The notes below the pieces were generated by a model, which had not been told where the DNA came from, did no database searches, and worked only from the letters and a program-made list of their open reading frames with translations. A stretch of 62,964 nt of DNA from NCBI GenBank assembly GCA_024405265.1, contig JAKSOZ010000006.1, positions 1 to 62,964 of the forward strand, read 5' to 3'. Every line of letters starts with the position of its first letter. Positions within the stretch are counted from its first letter, which is position 1. Position numbers and translations under genes: made by a program. This DNA is from Kiritimatiellia bacterium (lineage in GTDB: Bacteria; Verrucomicrobiota; Kiritimatiellia; RFP12; UBA1067). Shown piece after piece: positions 8,129 through 17,222 of this stretch.

Positions 8129-9517
8129 CGCGCGGTCGAATTCAAGTTCCCGAAGAACTTCAACGAGATCGCGCTCGAGGGAATCAAGCGCTACCAGGCG
8201 AAGCAGGATAAGATCAATCGAGAGATGCAGCCGGTCGTCGACGAGGTGATGCGCGAAGTCCTGAACGAAGAGCGCGTCGGATCGGAAGAGAATGTGCCGC
8301 TCTTGAATAGACCATTCTTCGAGGAAGAAAATAAAAAAACCACCTTCAACGGAGACGGGGCCGGTACGGTAGAATCCTCCAGTGGCACTCCTAGTTCCCG
8401 TCCGGGGGCAGCCCTTAGCCGATCCAGACCCAAGCACGGGGAAGTGGCGAGTATTGTACCAAAATCTGGGAATGACGTCAAGGCGAGGATTCAAAAATTC
8501 GCTAATAAAGATTATTCGATCGCCACCAAAGGAAAGCCGATCGGCGCCATAATCGCGTCGCTAAGAAAAACCTTAGACTTAAACCCTAGAGGAGCATACG
8601 GATCTTCCTACGGCATTTATAAAACACCAAGAGGCAATGTCGCATTCAGACTTTCAGGACATACAGCCAATGGCGAAAACTTCGCTCGTGACAATGCGGA
8701 TAAGAATACGAGTGTCGTGATCGAGATGTTCGACTGGAAAGGTGTGGAGACGACAACCCCGTATGAAGAGTTTGTTTATCCGAAGGATGTGTTCGACAAG
8801 AAGAATCTCTGTACCGAGAAAATCGCCAAGGCGATTCGCGATGAAGTCGACGGTAAGGTCGGCGTATTTTACGTAGATAAAACAGAAGCCAAGACGATTG
8901 CAAATCGCTTGGCTAATGAAGCATTCTCCATTGGGCGGACAGAGGTCCAATTCCTAAGGCGGCCACAACGTACTAATGTGGTGCATAGTTTATCAGATTT
9001 AGGATCTCCCGTCAAGGGGGTAAAACCGCAAATCGACACTTTGCAATTCAAAAAGTGGTTCGGTCCGTCGAAAATCGTGGACAAGGAAGGGAAGCCGATG
9101 GTTGTATACCATCGAACGAACAGCACTTTCGAGGCTTTCGACCTTAGCAAGGCGCGTAAATCGATGGATATCCAGGGCTTCTATTTCTACGCGGACAAGG
9201 ATGCCTGCGAGGAGTACGGCACGAACGTGATGCCGGCGTATTTGTCGGTAAAGAAGCCTTATATTATCGATTCGGCGGAGAAGATGAACGCTATTCCGTG
9301 GGATCAATCCGAGGAAGGCACCGGAGTCAGAGCGCGCGTGGTTGCCGAGCGAATCTTGAATTCTCCCGACGGGCTGACGGGTATCCCTCTGACAGAAGCC
9401 CAACGTTTCCGACTGGAAAAACACATCGAACTTAATCCGAACTGTCCTTATAAGAACTTGTTGAAGCGCATTCTTTGTGGTTTTTGGTACGAGCAAGAAT
9501 CTTTTCCTTATAAGTGA
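8117..9517 (+). pseudogene. Mosaic fragment of a large polyvalent protein with ART-PolyVal-like ADP-ribosyltransferase domain
   Basis: FKKWFGPSKIVDKEGKPMVVYH, GFYFY, YG.NVMPAYLSVKKP; RLSGH motif upstream; the start lies inside the direct repeat and the ART domain appears cut after GVRAR. Confidence 0.6.
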
Positions 9518-9534
9518 TAATCATGACCGACGAT

Positions 9535-9628
9535 GTAGGGCTACCGCGTTTCCGCAGTAGCGCAGAACGGTACGCGGTAATATAACGATAGAGCTAGTAG
9601 GACGGCAGCGTTTACGCGGTTAAGCAGG
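9535..9628. repeat. REP-like palindromes downstream of the RAYT gene
   Basis: GTAGGGCTACCGCGTTTCCGCAGTAGCGCAG (GTAG foot + hairpin) and degenerate copies TACGCGGTA, GCGTTTACGCGGT. Confidence 0.7.
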
Positions 9629-10729
9629 ATATCCTCCAAGCCGCTTTACCAGCGAATCGACATCATTCAACTCATAACCCTTATAGTTGATTTCCGCGGC
9701 TCCATCTTCCGCTATCAGTTGGGCTATACGATTTAAAATAAGGGCATCTTCTCGAGAAATCTTCTTTTCACCCGGGATATATTTCCAAGCCGCCGGCGCG
9801 AGCATCAAGAGTTTACCCTCCGCACACGCATCGAAATATCGGCCCTCAGGCTTGAAGAGGCGAGGGAAAGCTTTATTTCGTAGCGTTATAATCGAAGCTC
9901 CTTCTTTCATCGCAAGACGAGCGATTTCTTTTTCGCCGTCGCTGATGCAAGGTGAAATGATCACCGCTCCATGATCAGCAGCGGATAATAGTCGCGCAGC
10001 TTTCTCCTTAAACTCCTCTGTCGAGAATTCGATTATCGGATTATCTTCCTTATCTCGCACCACACGACTTTTCCCGGAAGGTAATCTTTCTCGTTTATAA
10101 GCGAATTCCTTTCGAGAACACTGAACTTGCAAGATAACCGGCTTATTCAACAGAAAGCGATTGCCGACGGTGGAAAAGTCGATCTCTTTCCCCAGAAGCG
10201 TTATCGGAAGCGTATCGGCCACTTTAAAGAGATCAGGATTCTCTCTTTTAAGACCCAAGCGCCGAGGATTATCACGCAGATAATCGACCATCTTCTTCAG
10301 TTGTCCTTTTCGCCATAGAATCGAATCCACGAAGCCGCTATCCCACCCGACTTCGCGAGATCCCGTCTTAAAGCCTCGAATCACGTCTCCTAATTGTTTT
10401 GGCTTTAGCGACTCTTTAACGAAAAGAACTCCATGAAAATGTTCCGGCATAATCTGCGAAGCTATAAGAGAGATTTGCGGGTACCGATTTGGGATCTCTT
10501 GCCAACACCGAAGAACCTTCTTCCCCATCTCAGTCGGAATCACTTCCCAACGATAACTATTCGACGCTTCGCCGTCTTGCGACACCTCGGAAACGAGGTG
10601 CTTTACCGGGCGCGAGGACAAGAAGGGATTAGAGCGATCTTTTAAAGTAATCGTTATCTCGTAAATCGCTCGACTCGAGTAATCCCAATTGAGGCAGCGC
10701 CGGCCCATTCTATGAATAATCTCATTCAC
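9620..10729 (-). CDS. HUH Y1 transposase (RAYT-like) fused to a DprA/SLOG-like C-terminal domain
   Basis: WDYS..YEITIT, IMPEHFHG (HUH), IRGFK, GFVDSI, YLRDNP; C-terminal SPCISDGEKEIAR..RYFDACAEGKLLML. Confidence 0.8.
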   Translation of the reverse strand: MNEIIHRMGRRCLNWDYSSRAIYEITITLKDRSNPFLSSRPVKHLVSEVSQDGEASNSYRWEVIPTEMGKKVLRCWQEIPNRYPQISLIASQIMPEHFHGVLFVKESLKPKQLGDVIRGFKTGSREVGWDSGFVDSILWRKGQLKKMVDYLRDNPRRLGLKRENPDLFKVADTLPITLLGKEIDFSTVGNRFLLNKPVILQVQCSRKEFAYKRERLPSGKSRVVRDKEDNPIIEFSTEEFKEKAARLLSAADHGAVIISPCISDGEKEIARLAMKEGASIITLRNKAFPRLFKPEGRYFDACAEGKLLMLAPAAWKYIPGEKKISREDALILNRIAQLIAEDGAAEINYKGYELNDVDSLVKRLGGYPA

Positions 10730-10776
10730 TGACGATATTATACCATAATTCCTGTCCGCAGACGACTCTATGCGAT

Positions 10777-10871
10777 ATAGAGCTACCGCGTTTCCGCGGC
10801 AGCGCAGGACAGGAGGGTTTTTACGCGGTAGCGCAGGGTGGGAGCAGGGCTATCGCAGACGTAAACGCGGC
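10777..10871. repeat. REP-like palindromes upstream of the RAYT gene
   Basis: ATAGAGCTACCGCGTTTCCGCGGCAGCGCAG, TTTTACGCGGTAGCGCAG, GCAGGGCTATCGC..GTAAACGCGG. Confidence 0.7.
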
Positions 10872-10881
10872 GTTAGAGTAT

Positions 10882-10916
10882 CTCAGTCTTCGCCTTCGTG
10901 GAAGGTGCCGTCGGCG
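10882..10916. repeat. 35-bp direct repeat, copy 2 (last codons and stop of the MFP gene)
   Basis: Identical to 8094-8128. Confidence 0.95.
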
Positions 10917-11956
10917 TGGAAGTGGCCGGCGGCCTGCTTTTTACCGGCTTGCGCTTCTAGGGCGAGTTTGAGTTCGTAAGCGCCTTCGACCACTACGAGC
11001 GTATCATCGTCTTCGATGCCGGAGATTTCCGTCCAGCCGTTGGAGGAAACGCCGGGCGTAACGGGAAGGGCGAGAAACGCGCCTTCTTCATCCTCGTCTT
11101 TCACGAATACGACCGGCTCGACGCCGTTTAGGACGATTGCCTTCGAAGGAACGGCGAAAGATTCAGCGGCGCTTTTCTTAGTCACGATGGTCGCCTCGGC
11201 GCGCTCGCCCGGCTTCGCTTCGATTCCGCTTTCCGGGAAGTCGATTAAGGCGCGAGTAAGCGAGTTTTCGTCGAGTCCGAAGAGAACCGTGCCCTCGACT
11301 CCGCGGCACTTCGCTTTCATTCCGCACTCGAGACGCGCGATGTCGCTCGGGCAAGTGAAGACCTTAAGCTGAAGATGATGGGGATTCATGATGTTCAAGA
11401 TCTTCGTTCCGACTTCAACATAAGCGCCGTCACTGACTTCGAGCGATTCGACGATGCCGTCATGAGGCGCTTTCACCTCAAGTCCAATCGAAAGACGCTC
11501 CACTTCGATCTTCTTTTTCGCGAGTTCAAGCGAGAGTTCCGCGTTCTTGAGATTCATCGAAGTATACTTCTCGAGCCGCGCTTCAAGTAGCTTCAATTCT
11601 TCCTCCAGCGCCTTGAGCTCGAAAGACTCGATGGTAAAAAGCGTCGCGCCTTTTTCGAAGTGTTCGAGGGGCTTGACCTTAAGCGAGAGGCGACCTGAGA
11701 TAGTCGAGGGAATCGCGTGGAAAGCGTCGGGCGCTAGGACGAAAGTCCCGGGAAGCTCTAGGGTCGACTCGACCGAGCGCTTCTCGATTTGGACGAGTTT
11801 TAGGCCCATCGTCTTTTGGGCGCGAGGGGAGAGGTGTAGCTCATGCGCTGCATGAGCATCACGATCAACGTGAGCGTGATCAGTGTGAGAGTGCTCGGAG
11901 TGAGCGAAGAGCGCGAAGGGGAGCGCGGCGAAAAGGGCGAGGAGTCGAGTTTTCAT
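10883..11956 (-). CDS. RND efflux periplasmic adaptor (CusB/CzcB-like), His-rich termini
   Basis: Signal peptide, His-rich N-terminus, APHDGIV lipoyl-like motif, VPSKAI, VVVEGAYEL, C-terminal GHFHADGTFH. Confidence 0.85.
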   Translation of the reverse strand: MKTRLLALFAALPFALFAHSEHSHTDHAHVDRDAHAAHELHLSPRAQKTMGLKLVQIEKRSVESTLELPGTFVLAPDAFHAIPSTISGRLSLKVKPLEHFEKGATLFTIESFELKALEEELKLLEARLEKYTSMNLKNAELSLELAKKKIEVERLSIGLEVKAPHDGIVESLEVSDGAYVEVGTKILNIMNPHHLQLKVFTCPSDIARLECGMKAKCRGVEGTVLFGLDENSLTRALIDFPESGIEAKPGERAEATIVTKKSAAESFAVPSKAIVLNGVEPVVFVKDEDEEGAFLALPVTPGVSSNGWTEISGIEDDDTLVVVEGAYELKLALEAQAGKKQAAGHFHADGTFHEGED

Positions 11957-14900
11957 TTCAAGTATTTCTCCATCTCAAGATAAGCGAGGTGACGCTTTAG
12001 CTTAAATTCGGCTTGGGCGAGTTCTTCTTCGAAAGTCGCGGCGTCTTGCGCGAGATATTCGTTCGGCTTGAGCTCGCCGACTTCGAGAAGCGACTTCAAG
12101 GTCTCCGGCGAGGTCGTCTCGAAATTCGGGACGTCCTTCAGGATTTTATAAGCTTTAATCGCCGCGAAAGTATTTCGAACGACCTGCCGCCATTCTTCAA
12201 GCGCGGCGATTTTAGCGTTCTCCCGCTCGGCTTCGGCTTCGGAGATCGCGAGGCGATTGCGGTTCCAGATCGGTATATCGATTCCGGCGATAAGCCCAAG
12301 GCGATTCTCGCCGTCTTCGTATGAGAAGGCGGGGCCGAGTTTAAGCTCCGGGTATTGACGGCGAATTTCCGCGTCGAGCTTCAATTCCGAAGTCTCGAAA
12401 AGAAGCCGCTTCGCGACGACCGAGCGATAATCGACAAGCTTCATCGGATCGGGAACAGGAAGTTCTTTCTCCTCGAACTCATCGAGCGTATCACTCAAGA
12501 GGATTTCGGTATCGGCGGAAAGACCGAGGATATTCAGAAGTTCCGCTCGCGCTTCTTCTTCATTGGCTTTCGCTTCGGCAAGTTTACGGCTCAAGTCACG
12601 ACGAAGACGCTTTATATCCTCAAGCTCGGTAATCGAAAGTTCACCTACTTCGGTAAGTTTCGCCACTTGATTCTCCACCTCGGAAAGTCCCCGGTTCTCA
12701 AGTCGCGCGGCGATTTTGGCGGTCATCTTTTTCGCGTAGAGATAATTGAGCGCAGCTTTTTGAGCTTCATAGCCCTGAATATGGCCGGTAGATAATTCCT
12801 CCGCTAAAAGCGCGAGGCGCTTTTGCGTCGCGGCTTCGCTATCCTTTCGTCTGGCGCCTGAAAGCGGGATCGAGACCGAGAGATTAAGTCCGCCCAAGTT
12901 CGGATTGGAGCCTCCTTTCAAAACGCGTGCGAAATCGGCGTCCAAGGTCGGGTCGTCCCAGTAGCCGGTATTCTCGGCTATGACGGTTTGACCCGACCAC
13001 TCGGCGCGAGCTTTTCGGATCTCGGGATTAGCCAGAAGGACATAGGTGCTCACGTCCTCCAGCGAGTTCACGGTAAGAGTCTTCGAATCGAGGATTTGCT
13101 CTTTCCATTCGATAGGGCTCGGCTCGTAGGACTTGCACCCGACAAGCATCAATAGGAGGAGCGCTACGGGTAAGACGCGCTTCGCCGCGGGAATGACGAT
13201 CAAGGTAAGTAGCATCGCGCCGATAATGCCGCCGAATTGAACGAGCGCGAGAGGCGAGAGTAGCTCTCCGCCCGGCTTTTCACCGGCGAGGATAATCGGG
13301 ATAAGGCCGATAACGGTAGTAAGCGACGTCATGATGATCGGAAGCATTCTTGCGAGCGAGCGCTCGTAAATCGCGGTGCGTTTATCTTTACCGGCTTTCA
13401 TAAGCTCATCGTAGCGATTAAGAAGGAGAAGCCCGTTACGAAGCGTGAAGCCGGAAACGGTAACGAAGCCGACGAGCGACGAGACCGAGATTACCCCGCC
13501 TCCGAGTTTTACGGCGAGAATACCACCCGCGAGGCCAAGCGGCAAGTTGAGAAGGGCGATCATCGTCGCGCTCAAATTCTTAAGCGCGAAGAAAACGAGC
13601 GCGGCGATTATGATGAAGAGGAGTACGCCCATCATCGCGAGACGCTTCGCGGCGGATTCACGAGCTTCGTAGCTCCCGCCGTATTCGATCGAAACGCCGA
13701 ACTTATCGACGATGGGTTTGAGATGATGCTCAAGCTCTTTCACGACAGCGCCGATATTCGCGTTCGGCGCGGGATTAGCCGAGATAAGCGCCTTCCTGCG
13801 ACCACCTTCGCGAAGGAGGAGATTCGAAGCATTCTCGGGAACGACCAAGGCTACGTCTTCGAGGTGGACGTACTCGCCGTTAGCACCCGCGAGGTGGAAA
13901 TCTTTTACGGTTTCGATATCCGCTTCATCAATGCCTTTCAAGCGAATCATAATCGAACGACGAAGAAGCCCCTCGCGAATTTCTCCCGCCTCATAACCGT
14001 TAAAGGCGGCGGCGACTTGATCGCCGGCGTCTTTCAGGCTAAGCCCCGCAGCGGAAAGCTTATTCAAGTCGTAGTCAATACGAAGAGTTTTGACCATGAC
14101 TTCACGATTAGCTCTAACGTCGACAATCGAGTCGATTTCTTCAAGTTCTTCTTTAACGGCATTTACGGCGGCGCGTAGCTTGGCTTGATCTTCGCCGTAG
14201 ATATTGACCGCGAGTTCCGCTTCGGTCCCCGAGAGGACGGCGCTGATACGATGGGCGATCGGGTAGCCGACGAGAACGCTCGTCCCGGGAATTTCGCCGA
14301 GGAGAGAGCGGATTTCTTCTTTGATCTTCTCGGTATCGGCGTTAAGATCGACGCGAATCACGTACTCGGAACTGGAAACGGGTTCGGCATGCTGGTCGCG
14401 TTCGGCGCGGCCCGTGCGACGCGTGACCGAGAGAACGCCATCGATCGCTTTCAAGCTTTCGACCGCTCCTTCGGCGACGCGCTCCGATTCGGAAAGCGAA
14501 GCGCCGGGCGGGAGCGAAAGGGCGACGTTGTAAGAGTCTTCCTTAAAAGGCGGGAGGAAGCTCGAACCGAAGCCGGTCGCCATGTAAAACGCCGATCCGC
14601 AAAGAAGAATCGCCAAGAACAGAACGACGGCGGGAATTTTCAGCGAGAGACTTAAGAAAGGTCGATATACCGCTTTCAAAATATTCGCCGCGAAAGAACG
14701 TCCCGATTCGGTCGAGGCTTTCGGATTCCTCCAGAGAAGAAGCGAGAGCGCGGGAACGAGCGTCACGGCGACTACGAACGACATCGTGAAAACCGCGAGA
14801 TAGGAAAGGGCGAGAGGCTTGAAGAAACATCCCTCAAGACCTTCCAAAAAGACGAGCGGAAGAAAGACCAGCACCACAATCGTCGTCGAGAAGAGAACTC

Positions 14901-16227
14901 CCGGAAGCACGGAGCGCGTAGCTTCGATAATCACCTCTTTCGTAGGGCGCGGCACCTCAAGCGCGGCATTCTCGCCGAGGCGACGCCAGATCACTTCCGT
15001 GAAGATAATCGCCGCGTCGACGACGTCACCCGCAGCTACTGCGAGGCCGCCGATAGTCATCACGTTCACGCCGAGTCCTAAACTCGGCATCAAAAGAACT
15101 CCTAAAAGCGCGGAAACGGGAAGCGCGAGGAGAACCAGCAAGAGCGTCCGAAGACGAAGAAGGGTAAGCGCGAGAACGAGGGCGACGACAAGCGCCGCGT
15201 CGCGCAAGACTTCTTTCCCGCCCTTTACGGAGACGTTGATGAAGTCGGCTTGACGGTAGGCATTCGAGTGAACCTCAATACCGGGATTTCGGGAAGCGAA
15301 CTGAGTAAGCGCATTCTCGACTCGCTTCGTAAGCATAAGCGTATTGCCGCCAGGAACCTTTTGAATCGAAAGAACGACCGCGTCCTTACCGTTATAAGAG
15401 GCGCTGCCGCGACGAGGAGCTCCGGCAATCGAAACGGAAGCGACGTCGCTTATGCGAAGGGGGCGAGAGGGGAATATCGGGAGCGCGGCGATTTGACGAA
15501 TATCGTTAACGTAAGCGAGCTGTCTTAAGGGAATTTCTTCGCCTTTATGATCGGCGAGGTAACCCGCCGAGGCGTAAGTGCGAGATCTTTCCGCGGCGGA
15601 AACAAGATCCGCGAAAGAGATGCCGCGCTCCGCGAGAACGTGCGGATCCGCTTCGACGCGGCACTCGGGAAGGCGGCCTCCCGTTACCGCGACTTCACCG
15701 ATCCCCGGAATCGAGAGAAGACGATTACGAAGATCGTACTCCGCTTTTTCGCGAAGCACGAGAGAATCGAGCTCGCTTTCGTCGGCTTTCGTAAGCGCCG
15801 CGAGCATGATTTCGCCGGTAACGGAGACGGTAGGAGCGATTTCGGTCGACGCTTCTTTAGGTAATTCCGCGCGAGAGAGGCGCTCGAAAACGTCGAAGCG
15901 AGCTTTCGATAGGTCCGTCGACCAATCGAAGTCCACCCAAACGAAGGAAAGTCCACCCGAAGAACTTGAACGGACGACCGAAACGCCGGGGATTCCTCCG
16001 ACGGCCGATTCGATCGGGATCGTGATGCGCTGTTCGACTTCTTCGGCGGTAAGTCCTCCCGCTTCGGTCTGGATCGTGACTCGAGGCATCGGGATATCGG
16101 GGAAAACATCGATGGCGAGACGCTCGGTCGTTTTATAGCCGATCAAAACCAAAGCCGCTATCGTTACGATTACGAGTTTGGCATGATTCAAGATAAAGTT
16201 CAAAATATTAACCATAAGAGGATTCAC
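11953..16227 (-). CDS. CusA/CzcA-type heavy-metal RND permease fused to TolC-like outer-membrane factor
   Basis: IDVFPD..VTIQTE..EEVEQ.IT.PIE, RRTGRAE, RMLPIIMT; after about aa 1030 a lipobox LVGC and OEP-like region (YPELKLG, IDIPIWNRN). Confidence 0.85.
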   Translation of the reverse strand: MNPLMVNILNFILNHAKLVIVTIAALVLIGYKTTERLAIDVFPDIPMPRVTIQTEAGGLTAEEVEQRITIPIESAVGGIPGVSVVRSSSSGGLSFVWVDFDWSTDLSKARFDVFERLSRAELPKEASTEIAPTVSVTGEIMLAALTKADESELDSLVLREKAEYDLRNRLLSIPGIGEVAVTGGRLPECRVEADPHVLAERGISFADLVSAAERSRTYASAGYLADHKGEEIPLRQLAYVNDIRQIAALPIFPSRPLRISDVASVSIAGAPRRGSASYNGKDAVVLSIQKVPGGNTLMLTKRVENALTQFASRNPGIEVHSNAYRQADFINVSVKGGKEVLRDAALVVALVLALTLLRLRTLLLVLLALPVSALLGVLLMPSLGLGVNVMTIGGLAVAAGDVVDAAIIFTEVIWRRLGENAALEVPRPTKEVIIEATRSVLPGVLFSTTIVVLVFLPLVFLEGLEGCFFKPLALSYLAVFTMSFVVAVTLVPALSLLLWRNPKASTESGRSFAANILKAVYRPFLSLSLKIPAVVLFLAILLCGSAFYMATGFGSSFLPPFKEDSYNVALSLPPGASLSESERVAEGAVESLKAIDGVLSVTRRTGRAERDQHAEPVSSSEYVIRVDLNADTEKIKEEIRSLLGEIPGTSVLVGYPIAHRISAVLSGTEAELAVNIYGEDQAKLRAAVNAVKEELEEIDSIVDVRANREVMVKTLRIDYDLNKLSAAGLSLKDAGDQVAAAFNGYEAGEIREGLLRRSIMIRLKGIDEADIETVKDFHLAGANGEYVHLEDVALVVPENASNLLLREGGRRKALISANPAPNANIGAVVKELEHHLKPIVDKFGVSIEYGGSYEARESAAKRLAMMGVLLFIIIAALVFFALKNLSATMIALLNLPLGLAGGILAVKLGGGVISVSSLVGFVTVSGFTLRNGLLLLNRYDELMKAGKDKRTAIYERSLARMLPIIMTSLTTVIGLIPIILAGEKPGGELLSPLALVQFGGIIGAMLLTLIVIPAAKRVLPVALLLLMLVGCKSYEPSPIEWKEQILDSKTLTVNSLEDVSTYVLLANPEIRKARAEWSGQTVIAENTGYWDDPTLDADFARVLKGGSNPNLGGLNLSVSIPLSGARRKDSEAATQKRLALLAEELSTGHIQGYEAQKAALNYLYAKKMTAKIAARLENRGLSEVENQVAKLTEVGELSITELEDIKRLRRDLSRKLAEAKANEEEARAELLNILGLSADTEILLSDTLDEFEEKELPVPDPMKLVDYRSVVAKRLLFETSELKLDAEIRRQYPELKLGPAFSYEDGENRLGLIAGIDIPIWNRNRLAISEAEAERENAKIAALEEWRQVVRNTFAAIKAYKILKDVPNFETTSPETLKSLLEVGELKPNEYLAQDAATFEEELAQAEFKLKRHLAYLEMEKYLK

Positions 16228-16229
16228 GC

Positions 16230-16259
16230 TTGATTTTCGAGGGGGAAATATGATATAAT
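16230..16259 (+). promoter_or_regulatory. sigma70 promoter of tRNA-Lys
   Basis: TTGATT-N18-TATAAT with TG extension, 20 nt before the tRNA. Confidence 0.65.
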
Positions 16260-16278
16260 ACCTCTCGTTTTATGACCT

Positions 16279-16354
16279 CGGACTGTAGCTCAGTTGGTAG
16301 AGCACGACACTTTTAATGTTGGGGTCGCGGGTCCGACTCCCGCCAGTCCGACCA
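16279..16354 (+). tRNA. tRNA-Lys(TTT)
   Basis: Acceptor CGGACTG/CAGTCCG + ACCA; D arm TAGCTCAGTTGGTAGAGC; anticodon arm CGACA-CTTTTAA-TGTTG; T arm GCGGG-TCCGACT-CCCGC; 76 nt. Confidence 0.93.
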
Positions 16355-17222
16355 ATTTAAGCGCCGATATCGCGGCGCTTTCTCTTTTTTTAAACGCTCC
16401 GCCGCGCTCGATATAACGGCACATCTCGAGGACATCAGTCCAGTTCTGGACGCGCTCATCGCGATTTTTCACGAGCATCGCCTCAAGAAGCTGCACGAAG
16501 CCTTCGGAGAGATTCGGGTTATTGAGACGAGGGTCATTCGACTGGAGAGTATCGCTGCACTGCGCTTTGATCGTGTCTACGATATCATAGCGCGAATACA
16601 GCGCTTCGCCGGAAGAAAGATGATAGAGCGAGGCGGCGAGCGAATAGATATCCGACCTTAAGTCGAGCTCGACGTCGTTATAGGCCTGCTCCGGCGAGAT
16701 ATAAGCGGGAGTTCCGAGAATGTGATCCATGTCGGAAATCGGCTTCCCGTCGCCTACATAGATATGACAGAGGCCTAAGTCGGTGATCTTGATTTCGCCG
16801 TTTCGATTGATCATCAGATTCTCCGGCTTCATATCGCAATGGACGAGGCCGTAATTATTCCAAGCGTAATCGAGCGCGTAAGCTACCGACTCGCAAATAA
16901 GAAGGCAATCTTCTTCGCGCACATGAGCATGACGACTCAAGTACTGGCCGTAGTTATATCCGTCGACGAATTCCATTACGTAATACCAAACGCCTTCGTG
17001 ACAGCATAAACGATAGCCTTCGACGATATTCGGGTGGCGGATCATCTCAAGCGCTCGCTCTTCGGCTTGGAAGCGTTTGAGATCGGCAGGGGAAGACGCG
17101 AATTCTTTATTGAGAATCTTTACCGCAACGATCTTATCAAGCGTCAAATCACGCGCCTTCCAGACGGTAGCCATACCGCCCTGACCACAGACTCGAATCA
17201 GCTCTAGATCAGGCAAATCCAT
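16290..17222 (-). CDS. Hanks-type Ser/Thr protein kinase (soluble)
   Basis: GQGGMATV, VAVK, HCDMKPEN, DLG, GTPAYISPE, SDIYSL; tail overlaps the tRNA antisense. Confidence 0.9.
   Translation of the reverse strand: MDLPDLELIRVCGQGGMATVWKARDLTLDKIVAVKILNKEFASSPADLKRFQAEERALEMIRHPNIVEGYRLCCHEGVWYYVMEFVDGYNYGQYLSRHAHVREEDCLLICESVAYALDYAWNNYGLVHCDMKPENLMINRNGEIKITDLGLCHIYVGDGKPISDMDHILGTPAYISPEQAYNDVELDLRSDIYSLAASLYHLSSGEALYSRYDIVDTIKAQCSDTLQSNDPRLNNPNLSEGFVQLLEAMLVKNRDERVQNWTDVLEMCRYIERGGAFKKRESAAISALKLVGLAGVGPATPTLKVSCSTN
16359..16390 (+). terminator. Intrinsic terminator after tRNA-Lys
   Basis: AAGCGCCG-atatcg-CGGCGCTT followed by a T-rich tract. Confidence 0.7.

Noticed and set aside
7565-8494. 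309-aa minus-strand ORF
   Set aside because: Antisense to the mrr remnant and the polyvalent fragment, crosses the repeat junction, no recognisable motifs
16279-16354. tRNA-Lys as an island integration site
   Set aside because: No duplicated tRNA 3' end or integrase seen in the window
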